Shown piece by piece: positions 25,401 to 34,061 of a stretch of 64,000 bases of DNA (positions are counted from its first letter, which is position 1; every line of letters begins with the position of its first letter). The notes below the pieces were generated by a model that did not search any database, had not been told where the DNA came from, and worked only from the letters and a program-made list of their open reading frames with translations. Origin of the DNA: a virus (Duplodnaviria; Caudoviricetes); IMG/VR virus record IMGVR_UViG_3300011435_000017, positions 3,924-67,923 of that record, one strand, 5' to 3'. Position numbers and translations under genes: made by a program.

Positions 25401-28400
25401 CCGCGTCGTAGACGGCAGCGGCCGGCTTGCCGTTGTCGTTCACGTCCGCATCGACCTTGAGCCGAACGCCCTCGGTCAACGTGCGCAGCTTCGCCGCCAG
25501 CTCCCGCACGTACGGCGTCGAGCCGTTCTTGGCCAGCGAGTCGAGCACGCCAGCGAGGTTGCCGTCGTGCACGAGGTTCATGTCCCGCTCGGACAGCGGC
25601 GTGAAGGACGCTTGGTCGTACAGGTTGCTGATGAGGCGTGGCAGCACGCGCCCGCCCTCGCCCTCCATCGTGTCGATGGGCTCTTCGCGTGCCGGCGCAT
25701 CGGTGGCCTTGCGCTCGCGCTTCGCCTTGCGCGCCATCGCTTGGTTCAGCTCCACATAGAGCCGCTTGCGCTCAGCCCCCTGCGGCGCAGCGTTGTACTC
25801 GGCGCGCAGACGATCCACCAGCGCCGCGTCTTCGCTGATCGTCTGCGGCGGTGCCTCCGCGGGTTGTGTCTTCTGCGCTTTCTGTGCCTTCTTCGCCGCC
25901 TTCGCCTCGGCTTTCGGCGGCGTCGTCACCACATCGTCGAGCGCTTTCAGCAGCACCTCGGCCTGACGCTTGTCCGTCGCGGCTGCCTTCTTGTCGCTGG
26001 CGCTTGCGTTCTCGTCGTTGATGACTGCATCAGCCTCGTTGACGATCGCGTCCTGCTTGGCGCGGAACTGTCCGTGCGTCGGCACCGGGTCCATCGCCTG
26101 CACGGCCGTCTTCAGCAGCTCGTAGCGCGCTTGCCGGGCGACGTACTCCCGCTCCTCGGCCACCGCCTGCGCACGCGCGTCCGGCGGCAACACGATCGCT
26201 TCCCCGCGGATGGACTCCTGCCGGCGACGCTCGGCCTTCGCACTGAGGCGCTTCTCGCCGGGGAACAAGAACGACTCCTCCGTGGACTCGCCGCGAGCAG
26301 CACGCGCCTCGGCCTTCGCCTCGTTCGTCTCGGCAGCACGCTGCGCTTGGCGCCGTGCGACAGCAAGCTGCGCCTCCAGCACGCCCTCGGGCGTGTGCGC
26401 CTCGGGCCGGAGCTGCTCCTTGCCGGGCTCCGTCTCGGGCCGGTTCTCACGGATGATCTTGTGCGCTGTCTTGCCTTCGCTCGTCTTGACTTCGCGCAGC
26501 GTCTCGCCGCTGACGGCGTGAGCTTGACGCGACGCCTCTTCGGCTGCGATCCGTTCCTGTGCTGCCGTGACCCCCTCGAAGCGCCGGCCCTTGTAGCCGA
26601 ACGCCGACTTCTCCGCGTTCTGCTCCGCGATGTCCATGCGCGTGAGCCGCTCACCGCTCGTCACCGACGCAGGCTCAACGTCATAGGGCCGGTGCTCGCG
26701 CGCCGCGCGCTTGGGCGCCACGTACTTCCGGTCCGCGCCCAGCGGCTGGTAGTCCGCCGCCTCGGCGATGGACTGCTGCATGTCGAGCACCTTGGACTCG
26801 AACGTGGCCAGCGCATGGCGCCGCTGCAGCGCGTGCATCTCGGGCACCCCTGTCAGCGCCAACGGCGCCAGCGGCGTCTGCATGCGGGCGAGCTTCTTGT
26901 TGCGCGCCTCGGGCATCGCCAACGGCACCCGCTTGCTGTCGAGGTACTTGATGCGTGCCTCGGTGCCAGCCATCCAGCGCAGCCGCTTGGCGCGCTCGTC
27001 GGCGCTCTCGGTTTCGCTGACCGCTGCCTGCCTTTTCGCCAGCGCTTCTGTCGCTGCCACGTACGCATCATTGAGCCGCTTCGGCAGCACGCCCTTCGGG
27101 TGCTGAGCACGCAGCGCACGCATCTCTGCCAAGACCTCGCTGATCTCGGTGTCCAGCTCGCCTTGGCGCGAGGGGAACGCGTTCTTCTTGTGCAGCCCGG
27201 CCACGCGATCGACGATCGTCTGCAGCTCCGTCTTGTCAATGCCGCGCACATGCATCGCCTCTGCGATGGCATCCTGCACGCCCTCGGCCTGCATCTCGAC
27301 GGACATCGTGACGCCCGCCGGCCGCGACTGCGCCGTGATGCGCTCGGCCTGCACGTTGGGCGACGAGACGGCAAGCTGCTTCTGCTTGGCCGCGAGCGCG
27401 TCGCGCTCCTCGCGCTCTGCCATGCGCTTGGCCTTGGCGTTCTTCGCTGCCTGCTCGCGAGCACTCGACACCGTGGGGAACTTCGCCTCGCCCATCGTGC
27501 CGACTTCGCCGGACTTGGACTTCTCGATCGCAGCGGCCTTCGCTTCACGCTCGGCCTTCGCCTCGGCGCCGGCATCGAGCCGCGCCTGCAGCAGCTTGTT
27601 GGGGATCGTCGCGAGTTTCTTCTCGATCTTGGTCAGGTCCTTCCTGAGCGTGGCGCCCTCGTCTGCCAGCGCCGTCAGCGCCGCCGCCGCGTCCCGGTCG
27701 GTCAGCAGCTTGATCTCGTGCTTGTAGGCATCCACGCGGTCGGCGTGGCGCCGGGCCGTGCGCCCGGCCTGCGCCGCACGCATCCGCAGGTCGTACCCGC
27801 TGCCCTCCTCGGCTGCCTCCGCTTCATGCGCCTCCTTGATGAGCGTGCGCGCGGCAGTCGAGGCGTCCTCGGCGGCGACCGTGGCCTGCAGCAGCTTGGG
27901 CCGCAGCGCCGCGATCATGCTCTGGCGGTCCATCTCCCGGTCGTTCAGCCGCTCACCGAGCTTGTGGAGCCGGCGTGCTGCGTCGCGCGCAGCCGCAAGC
28001 CGCTGGTTCAGGCTCGTGGCGTGGAACGCGAGCACGCGGCCCTCGAACTGCACCTGCTTGACGCGCTGCACCGCGGTCGCCGGCTCGGTGAACAGCGACG
28101 CCTGCTCGTCGCTCTCGTCCAGCCCCGTGACGGCCGGCGTCTCCTTCTCCAGCTCCAGCCGCTGCGGCTTCACCCGCTTGGCGGCGGGCAGATCGCCCAC
28201 TGCCCGCTCGCCCTTCTTGTCCCCCTCCTCGATCTCGCCCTCCGTCCGGCGATCGCGGAGTTCCACCCGGCCCTTGCGGACCGAGGCTTCAGCGGGGTAG
28301 ACGCCGAATCCCGTTGGCGGGGCGGTCTTGCCGACCGGGCGCCCTCCGATGTACGTCTCCGTGGGAGCCGTCTCACGGGCCGGGGCTTCTGCCGTCGGCG

Positions 28401-31371
28401 CCGGGCCCGCCCGCAGGGTGCCCTCCAGCCGGCGGGGCGGGATTGGGGCGTTCGGATCGCGGATGCGCACCGATGCACCCTCCAGCGCCGTTGTGTCCCT
28501 CTTGCCCCCTTCTGGCGTCACCTTGACGGGTTCCAGTGCCCCGCCTCCGACGCCGCGCTCGGCGTTGCGGACCATCTCCTCGACGTGCTCCAGAACACGT
28601 TCCGAAATAGGGCGCTTGGTGAGCACCTCGTCGGCGTGCTCCAGCGTCCCCCGGGCCTGCCGGGTCAGGTTCGGCCGAGCCAGCACGCCCGCGATCCGCT
28701 GGCGCAGCAGCGACGCCCTGTCGGTCGCCGGGCCCGCCTCGGGCTGGAAGAGCATGCCCTGCCCCTCCTCGTCCACGAGGCGCTCGCGGCGGGGCATCGT
28801 GCCGGGCGGAACCTGCCGGCCGGGCTTCGGCACCTCGCCGATCGTCTCGCCTTCGGCTGCAACCTCCTCCATCGCTCCGGTGACGCGGGGATCGATCACA
28901 CCCTGCAGGCGCTGCGCCCGCTCTGCCATCAGCGCACGCTCTCGCGCACTGTCCACGGTCGGGCCGAGCCCCACCACCCTACGGGCGGCTTCCGTCATGC
29001 CCGGCACCAGTGGCTCGGCGAGGCGGTAGAACTCGGGCTCGTAGTGGGCCCGGCCGGGGTTGTCCGGCCGCTGCTCCAGCGCGGTGATGCCACGAATCGC
29101 TTCGCTGAACGCCTGCTCGCGCTCAGTGTCGCCGGCCTTGCGCGCCGCGTCACGGCCGGCATGCAGCGCCTGCTTCACGCCCTTGCCATAGTCCTGCAGC
29201 TCGCGCGCAACCTCCGCGCGCCGCTCGACCGGCATGCGCTGCAGCCGGTCGCTGATCAACGCAGCCGTGTCGGGCCCCGTGTCGCTCTCCATGCCGGCCA
29301 GCGATTCGAGCGTGCCCGAGCGCTCGCGCGTGGCGAACGTCCGGTTCAGCGCGAGTTCGGCAGTCTCGCCCGCGAGCTTCGGCAGGTCCGAGAAAAGGTC
29401 CGCGTCTTCGGCCGCGAGCTGGCGACCGAACGCATCGCTCTGGCGCGCGGCACGACGACCGACGACATCCTGCGTACGCGCTGCGCGTTGCTGCACCGCC
29501 TCCTCGCCCGCAAGCCGGTCGCCCAGCGCGTACAGGTCTTCAGCAGGCACTGCCTGCCGCTGCTCGTGCTCCTGCAGCAAGGACTCCAACCGCTCGCGCT
29601 GCGCGGCCCAGCCGGTAGCTGCCTTGAGTTCGCTGGGGTCGCCCGTGCGGGCGCCGTCGATCTTCGCCTGCAGCGCCGCGATCTGCTTCTTGACCGCGAT
29701 CGGCTTGAGCGTCTTCAGTGCCTTCTCACGCGCATCGGCTTCTGCGGCAGCCGCCCGCTCCTTGCGTGCTTCCGGCGTGAGCAGTCCCTCCAGCTCCTGC
29801 TTCGCTGCTTGGTACGTCTGGTCCTGAAGCTGTTGCCGTTCGAGCGTCGCGGCCATCACATGGCTCTTGCCCGTGCCGATCGCAGCCGCCACCTGCTTGG
29901 CGCTCGCGTCCATGCCAGCTTCGTGCTCGTCGATCAGCGCCTGCAGCTCCTCGACACGCGCTGCGTTGCGTGCGTCGCTGGTGCCCTTCTCTTGGCCGAA
30001 CATCGTGGCCTGCGGCGCCTTCTCGGTTGCCGGCGTGCCGACAGCAGGACCGTAGCGCTTCGCGCGCTCTGCCTCTTCCGCGGCCGCGCGCAGCTTCGCT
30101 TCCTTGATCGCGGGCCGGGCGAAGGTGTTGAATTCCTTGAGGAGGTCCACGCTCTCCTTCTTGAACGCAGCGATCTCCTTCAGCTTGTCGGTGAACGCAG
30201 CCTTGCCGGAATCGGTGCCTTCCTTCTTCAGCTCTGCCGCCTCGGCGTGCATCGCCTTCACCGTCGCTTCGTACTCCGCGTGCCTGTTCGCAACGTCCTG
30301 CACGTAGCCCGGATCGGCCATCTTGCGAGCGCGCTCTGCCGCCGCTGCTTCTGCCGCCTCGGCTGCCTGAATGGCTGCGAGGTTGGCGTCCGTCTCACGC
30401 GCGACCGCCTCCCGATCCGCGACCTCGGCCTTCGCACCGCTGCGGTTGTAGGCCCCGCCAGCGCCACTCAGGATGCCGCCGGGCAGTGCGCCGCCATAGG
30501 CCGAGTCGGCATAGCTGCTCAGCGCCTCCGCATCGAGCAGGTTCTGGCCAGCCTGCAGCCGGGTGAGCATGTCCTGCACGACCTCGGTGCCCGCTTCGCC
30601 GGCCGCACCGACAACGCCGTGTCGCGACACGGTAGACAGCAGGCTGCGTTTGGCGACCTCCTCGGCTGCTTCCGGCCCGAGCCGCTTGATGAGCGCGGCC
30701 GCGTCCACGCCGAGCACCTTCGACGCAACACGGGTGCCCATGAGCGCGAGCGGCAGCACCTGTTCGAGCGCTGCCTGTCCGGCGCCCGCCGCAGCGGCCT
30801 TGCCGATGCTGACCTCGCCCGGCGTCTCCCGTTGCTGCTCCGCGAGGTTGCGGCCGGTGTTGGGCAGGATGCCACCGAGAATGCCGCCGCCGATACCGCC
30901 GATGAGCGCACCGGGCGCACCGAACGCGCGGCCCGCCATCGAGCCCAACTTCGCACCGCCGAGCATCGTGCCCATCTCGGGCGCCGACTGCGCGATCCCG
31001 CGCATGCCCTGCCCGACCATCTCCTTGCCCGCGGCCATGATGCCGCTCTTCTCGTAGACATCCTGCAGGCGCGCGAGCCCGAGCTGCGGGTCGTACTTCT
31101 TCCCTTGCTCCGCTTCGGCCGCTGCAGCTTCCTCTGCCGCTTCCTGCGTATCGCCGAACATGCCTTTCACGCCGGCCTTGCCGGACGAGATCATGTTCTC
31201 CAGCCCGGACTGGAACGCGGCGCCCATGCCGGTCTTCGGCGGCGGCGGCGCGATGCCGGCTTCCGGTGCGAGCTTGAGGACGTGCTCGATCAGGTCGTCC
31301 TGCGTCATCCCCGGAGGGCCCTGCATCCGATACGTCTTGCCGTTCGGTGCAGTGATGCTGTAGCTGGGCAT
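22375..31371 (-). CDS. Giant (~2998 aa) virion/ejection polyvalent protein with HExxH metallopeptidase-like motif and C-terminal LPD38-like domain
   Basis: Start set at ATG 31371 (AGGA RBS, after the upstream stop). Gly-rich hydrophobic N-terminal segments, long coiled coils, IHELGH at about 25333-25350, and C-terminal NFTKRG...KVPIPFEIGLLFKAIPE. Confidence 0.8.
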   Translation of the reverse strand: MPSYSITAPNGKTYRMQGPPGMTQDDLIEHVLKLAPEAGIAPPPPKTGMGAAFQSGLENMISSGKAGVKGMFGDTQEAAEEAAAAEAEQGKKYDPQLGLARLQDVYEKSGIMAAGKEMVGQGMRGIAQSAPEMGTMLGGAKLGSMAGRAFGAPGALIGGIGGGILGGILPNTGRNLAEQQRETPGEVSIGKAAAAGAGQAALEQVLPLALMGTRVASKVLGVDAAALIKRLGPEAAEEVAKRSLLSTVSRHGVVGAAGEAGTEVVQDMLTRLQAGQNLLDAEALSSYADSAYGGALPGGILSGAGGAYNRSGAKAEVADREAVARETDANLAAIQAAEAAEAAAAERARKMADPGYVQDVANRHAEYEATVKAMHAEAAELKKEGTDSGKAAFTDKLKEIAAFKKESVDLLKEFNTFARPAIKEAKLRAAAEEAERAKRYGPAVGTPATEKAPQATMFGQEKGTSDARNAARVEELQALIDEHEAGMDASAKQVAAAIGTGKSHVMAATLERQQLQDQTYQAAKQELEGLLTPEARKERAAAAEADAREKALKTLKPIAVKKQIAALQAKIDGARTGDPSELKAATGWAAQRERLESLLQEHEQRQAVPAEDLYALGDRLAGEEAVQQRAARTQDVVGRRAARQSDAFGRQLAAEDADLFSDLPKLAGETAELALNRTFATRERSGTLESLAGMESDTGPDTAALISDRLQRMPVERRAEVARELQDYGKGVKQALHAGRDAARKAGDTEREQAFSEAIRGITALEQRPDNPGRAHYEPEFYRLAEPLVPGMTEAARRVVGLGPTVDSARERALMAERAQRLQGVIDPRVTGAMEEVAAEGETIGEVPKPGRQVPPGTMPRRERLVDEEGQGMLFQPEAGPATDRASLLRQRIAGVLARPNLTRQARGTLEHADEVLTKRPISERVLEHVEEMVRNAERGVGGGALEPVKVTPEGGKRDTTALEGASVRIRDPNAPIPPRRLEGTLRAGPAPTAEAPARETAPTETYIGGRPVGKTAPPTGFGVYPAEASVRKGRVELRDRRTEGEIEEGDKKGERAVGDLPAAKRVKPQRLELEKETPAVTGLDESDEQASLFTEPATAVQRVKQVQFEGRVLAFHATSLNQRLAAARDAARRLHKLGERLNDREMDRQSMIAALRPKLLQATVAAEDASTAARTLIKEAHEAEAAEEGSGYDLRMRAAQAGRTARRHADRVDAYKHEIKLLTDRDAAAALTALADEGATLRKDLTKIEKKLATIPNKLLQARLDAGAEAKAEREAKAAAIEKSKSGEVGTMGEAKFPTVSSAREQAAKNAKAKRMAEREERDALAAKQKQLAVSSPNVQAERITAQSRPAGVTMSVEMQAEGVQDAIAEAMHVRGIDKTELQTIVDRVAGLHKKNAFPSRQGELDTEISEVLAEMRALRAQHPKGVLPKRLNDAYVAATEALAKRQAAVSETESADERAKRLRWMAGTEARIKYLDSKRVPLAMPEARNKKLARMQTPLAPLALTGVPEMHALQRRHALATFESKVLDMQQSIAEAADYQPLGADRKYVAPKRAAREHRPYDVEPASVTSGERLTRMDIAEQNAEKSAFGYKGRRFEGVTAAQERIAAEEASRQAHAVSGETLREVKTSEGKTAHKIIRENRPETEPGKEQLRPEAHTPEGVLEAQLAVARRQAQRAAETNEAKAEARAARGESTEESFLFPGEKRLSAKAERRRQESIRGEAIVLPPDARAQAVAEEREYVARQARYELLKTAVQAMDPVPTHGQFRAKQDAIVNEADAVINDENASASDKKAAATDKRQAEVLLKALDDVVTTPPKAEAKAAKKAQKAQKTQPAEAPPQTISEDAALVDRLRAEYNAAPQGAERKRLYVELNQAMARKAKRERKATDAPAREEPIDTMEGEGGRVLPRLISNLYDQASFTPLSERDMNLVHDGNLAGVLDSLAKNGSTPYVRELAAKLRTLTEGVRLKVDADVNDNGKPAAAVYDAESNTVTIHPLMLSEENLIHELGHGVTMKSMVTPPSSLTREQRNALKGLEGLLTQLKNDPSFKREYGTTNIAELASEVLSNKELRDKIDARKPGLWNRIKQAVLQFFGVKTGSAKALADVERLFQPARKFTAAEAAALNDLIGTTTPAAAARAPANAMDAFSAQLNAKATKTGLKQAVTDINAGLYAEMLAVDQRAPILKALSKGDKHAFQQSQYYVRKADARMAQVHAVLVHGGPKLKKDAKGFHTVEAGHGPSAKDVFAAIDKLPGATSAEKFSKAQAYMVAQRAANKGWHKLGWATTDQTRQLGEAMLAEVNASPQLKAQLEAVRKVYNDYNAGMVQFLADTGAIPKKMAATLLQDGDYVPFYRVGGSGVAELVMGENTHIRVGDIRKQPYLQALKGDEGKLLPLNEAIMRNTMLLMDKGLTNLATKEVAYGLQNMSPPGVNAIKRGNAPAGADIVKFNQEPDPDNDKDTGERWVRVTSEGTPFEGIPSEMLVQSLEGVHTMMTGLGKLASNFGDVLRKWVTRNPAYVIRQLIRDPMSASFTGGANRGPVAAMLKSVKEFVDQSKGSTRTGEALLKKGVTQSQIFSGDVDDISVIVHQLATGNEGMIARFISMADRAAMRADAATRVQVYEDALKATGSEMQAELAAIEMMNFTKRGSHPAVRHATRMIPFMNAQIQGLNVLAKAMRGKATMEEQLKIREKFIKNAVGLTLFSMVYAVGMEENEEYKNATAHDRINNFFVPTPWGTLKVPIPFEIGLLFKAIPEVAVHGFDDAEMKALGKMVFNTIPGASSLGAPQAVKPALELMMNKNIYTGRAIETDAQQKLAPELRYNEHTTELAKWAGETFGLSPLKIEHLVRGYLSGMPIAAASLANEMLSDKSQPTRTGSQTPLLGGFIADPLASGAVESAYEKANAIEQAGNTYDKLVKEGRVKAAKDYMEDNLNVLQAERLNDSFRADMARAKAEREKVLASSMTADAKRERIDYITKWRNAQAMRFTKAAESIVAAR

Positions 31372-31379
31372 GTGCGTTC

Positions 31380-34061
31380 CTACTTGCCGACTTGCGGCTG
31401 GCCCCAACCCGTGGTTGCCTGCGGCATGGCTTGACCGCCAAGGTTGGCCTTGACGTAATCAATGGCGCGCTTGCGTGCCTCTTCGACCGACATGCCGAGG
31501 TTGTTCTTCACGAGGTCGTCGGTCAAGGCGTTGATCGAACGCTCCATCTCGCCGGCCTTCATGCCGGCGAAGCGACTGCCAGCACCGCCTGCAGCAGACA
31601 GCCGCGCGTTGGCCACGGCCAGCGCCGTCTTGTCCGACGAGTTGTGAATCTGCGCTTGGATGTCCCGGGTCAGGTAGTTGTCGTAGTTCGACTCCCACGC
31701 CTTGAACAGGTCGTTGGCTGCGTCGGCCTTCTTCAGACCGAACACCTGCGTGAAGTTGACCATCGCCTTCTTCGCGTCGATCTCGGCGCGACGCACCGCG
31801 GCATCCGCTGCGCTGATCTCCTTCGCATCGGCGTTCTCGCGCTCCTTGCGCGCTTCACGTAGCGTGAGCATCGTGTCGTCCACCTTCTCGCGCTCGACAC
31901 GCAGCTTCTCCTCACCAGCGCGAAGCTGACCCAGACCCTGCTTCGCGCCCGCAGCGATCGGAGCGATCGCACCGCGCCAGCCCTTGCCGCCCGGAGGCGC
32001 CATGAGGATCGCGAGGCCCGCGTTGATGTACGCGTCCTTCTCGTTGCTCTTCCCGCGGCCCTCGAACTCGCCGAGCCTCTCGTTGAGCTTCTTCTCGCGC
32101 TCCTCGCCATATACGCCCTGCTTGGCGAGACGATCCTTCGTCGCCTGTGCGGCCGCTTCGGCGTCGGCCTTCTCGGCGCTGCCGACATCCTTGATCCCCG
32201 TACCGACTTCCTGCTCCAGCTTTTCGAGGTTGAAGCCAGTCTGCGCACGCCGACGCTCCAACTCCTCCATCGTGAGCGGTCCCTTCGCCACGATGCTCGG
32301 ACCGCCAGTGATCGACGCGATGCCGCCACCGCCAGCCGGCGGGGTCTTCGCTGCCATCGCCACCAAGTCCTCGACATCCTTCTTCGCAGCCGCTGCCTTC
32401 GTCGGCCCTGCCGGTGCCTTCTCCTGCTCCATGTCGCGGAACAGGTACTTGCCCGCGAGGCCACCGGTCAACGTGTTGCCGAGATCGGATGCAGCGCCAA
32501 GACCACGCACAGCGATGTCGCTCACGAGGCCCGGCTCGCGACCTTCGAGGCCGAAGCGCTTGTCGTACTGCTCGGTCGGCGTGTTGTAGGTGTCGATCGC
32601 CGTCAGCCCAATCCCCACGGGCGCCGCCACCTTGCCCACGGCACCCGCAGCCTTGCCGAACTTGCCGACGGGCTTGATGACCGACTGCGCATCGGTGCCG
32701 TAGTTCGCCAAGATTTTCGCGTCTTGGATCGCGCGCTTGGTGGCGCCGATCGCTTTGCCGGGCACGGCCATGCCACCGAACACGGTGGCAGCCGAATCGT
32801 CCCCGCGCCACTCCTCGGGCGCGAAGTCTTCCTTGCTCGTCTTGCCGCCCTTCTCGTAGCCGACGATGCCGCCGTCGGCGAAGTCGCTGTCCGGTGCGAC
32901 ACGCGCGAGGCCGCGATCGATCGCGCTCAGCTTCTTGACCGTGCCGCCCTCGGCCTTGCTGAGCCCGGCGAAGATCGAGCCGAGGCCAGCGAGCGTCTGC
33001 ATGTTCGATGGCTGCGGCTGCGTCTCGAACGAGGACTTCACCGAGCCCTGCGTGCCGCCCAAGATGTCCGACATGAAGCTCAGCTTGCGGTACGGGTCCT
33101 GCTCCTGTTCCCTGAAGTCGTTGTACTGCTGGTCGAGCACCTTCTGGCCCTGCTCCTGCTCGGCAGTGCCGGCCGCGAGCTGCGCGCCCGTGGTCTTCAG
33201 GTTCTGGCCATAGATGTCGCTGCCGATGCCGCCCAGCGTGCTCGCTGCCGTGTTCGCTGCGTTGAGCCCACGGATGCCGAGGTCGGCGCCGAACTGGCGC
33301 GACGCCTCACCCGCCTTCTGGCGTTCGAGGTCTTGCGCGTTGAACGTGAGGCCGGCGCTTTGGTTCGCCTTCTGCGAGTCGAGCCCGAGCCCTTGCTCCT
33401 GATTGAACTGCGCCTGCGCCGCCTTGAACGCAGCATCCGAGCCCTGCTGCTGGATGTCGCCGAGGCGCTGCTGCAGGTTGCGGTTCGCTTCCGCTTCGAC
33501 GATCGCCTGACGGCTGCCGCCGAACGCGCCGGCACCGACCGCGGCCGCGTTGCGCTGCGTGCGCGCGATGTCGTCCTGCCGCGTCGCCTCGCGCTTGCCG
33601 ATGTCCACGACACCCTGCATGTACGGGTTCATGTACTTGTCGGTCGTGCCGGGCTGCGTGAACGACTGGGTGCTCGTCTGCTGCGGCCCGCCCGGCAGTG
33701 TGCTGGTCATCGTGGCCGGGTCGTACGCGCCCGCGCCCAGCGCCTTGTCGCCGACGGTCTGCGCCATCGTGCCGGCCGCTGTCGATTGCGCCGACGGCCC
33801 GAGGTTCTTGACGCCCTCGAACCCCTGCTCCTGCAGGTCGGTGAACTGCGCGACGCGATCGCCCGCGTACGGCACGTTCGGCTGCTGGATCAGGTCCTGC
33901 GCGGTCTGCACGACATCACGCAGCGGCTGCTCGGTGAACGCAGGCCGGTTGCTGACGTACGTCGTGGCAGGCGCACCGCCCGAGGCGTACTTCGGCACGC
34001 GCTTCTTGGGCGCCTTGCGAGCCTTCTTGAAGGCGGGCACGAGAGATTGCAGACCGTTCAT
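31380..34061 (-). CDS. DNA-transfer/ejection-type virion protein, 893 aa, apparently two modules
   Basis: Q/A/G-rich N-terminal module (PY-x-G-x-RVA-x-F...YMNPY-x-Q-x-V...GAFGGSRQA...EANR); the second half is a K/E/A coiled coil. Confidence 0.7.
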   Translation of the reverse strand: MNGLQSLVPAFKKARKAPKKRVPKYASGGAPATTYVSNRPAFTEQPLRDVVQTAQDLIQQPNVPYAGDRVAQFTDLQEQGFEGVKNLGPSAQSTAAGTMAQTVGDKALGAGAYDPATMTSTLPGGPQQTSTQSFTQPGTTDKYMNPYMQGVVDIGKREATRQDDIARTQRNAAAVGAGAFGGSRQAIVEAEANRNLQQRLGDIQQQGSDAAFKAAQAQFNQEQGLGLDSQKANQSAGLTFNAQDLERQKAGEASRQFGADLGIRGLNAANTAASTLGGIGSDIYGQNLKTTGAQLAAGTAEQEQGQKVLDQQYNDFREQEQDPYRKLSFMSDILGGTQGSVKSSFETQPQPSNMQTLAGLGSIFAGLSKAEGGTVKKLSAIDRGLARVAPDSDFADGGIVGYEKGGKTSKEDFAPEEWRGDDSAATVFGGMAVPGKAIGATKRAIQDAKILANYGTDAQSVIKPVGKFGKAAGAVGKVAAPVGIGLTAIDTYNTPTEQYDKRFGLEGREPGLVSDIAVRGLGAASDLGNTLTGGLAGKYLFRDMEQEKAPAGPTKAAAAKKDVEDLVAMAAKTPPAGGGGIASITGGPSIVAKGPLTMEELERRRAQTGFNLEKLEQEVGTGIKDVGSAEKADAEAAAQATKDRLAKQGVYGEEREKKLNERLGEFEGRGKSNEKDAYINAGLAILMAPPGGKGWRGAIAPIAAGAKQGLGQLRAGEEKLRVEREKVDDTMLTLREARKERENADAKEISAADAAVRRAEIDAKKAMVNFTQVFGLKKADAANDLFKAWESNYDNYLTRDIQAQIHNSSDKTALAVANARLSAAGGAGSRFAGMKAGEMERSINALTDDLVKNNLGMSVEEARKRAIDYVKANLGGQAMPQATTGWGQPQVGK

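Noticed and set aside
22375-31371. Giant ORF as a tape-measure protein or virion RNA polymerase
   Set aside because: No tail-tube or sheath genes accompany it, and no RNA polymerase catalytic motif was recognised. The LPD38-like end and HExxH motif fit a polyvalent ejection protein better.
31372-31407. GTG start at 31407 for the giant protein, as given in the ORF track
   Set aside because: It overlaps the upstream gene end. ATG 31371 has an AGGA RBS right after the upstream stop.
25333-31434. 2033-aa + strand ORF, plus other long antisense ORFs (22834-25299, 52536-55460, 19346-20602, 11728-12732)
   Set aside because: These are shadow frames of real genes, caused by high GC and codon bias. 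They have Arg/Leu/Ala-rich non-protein-like composition and no RBS or motifs.
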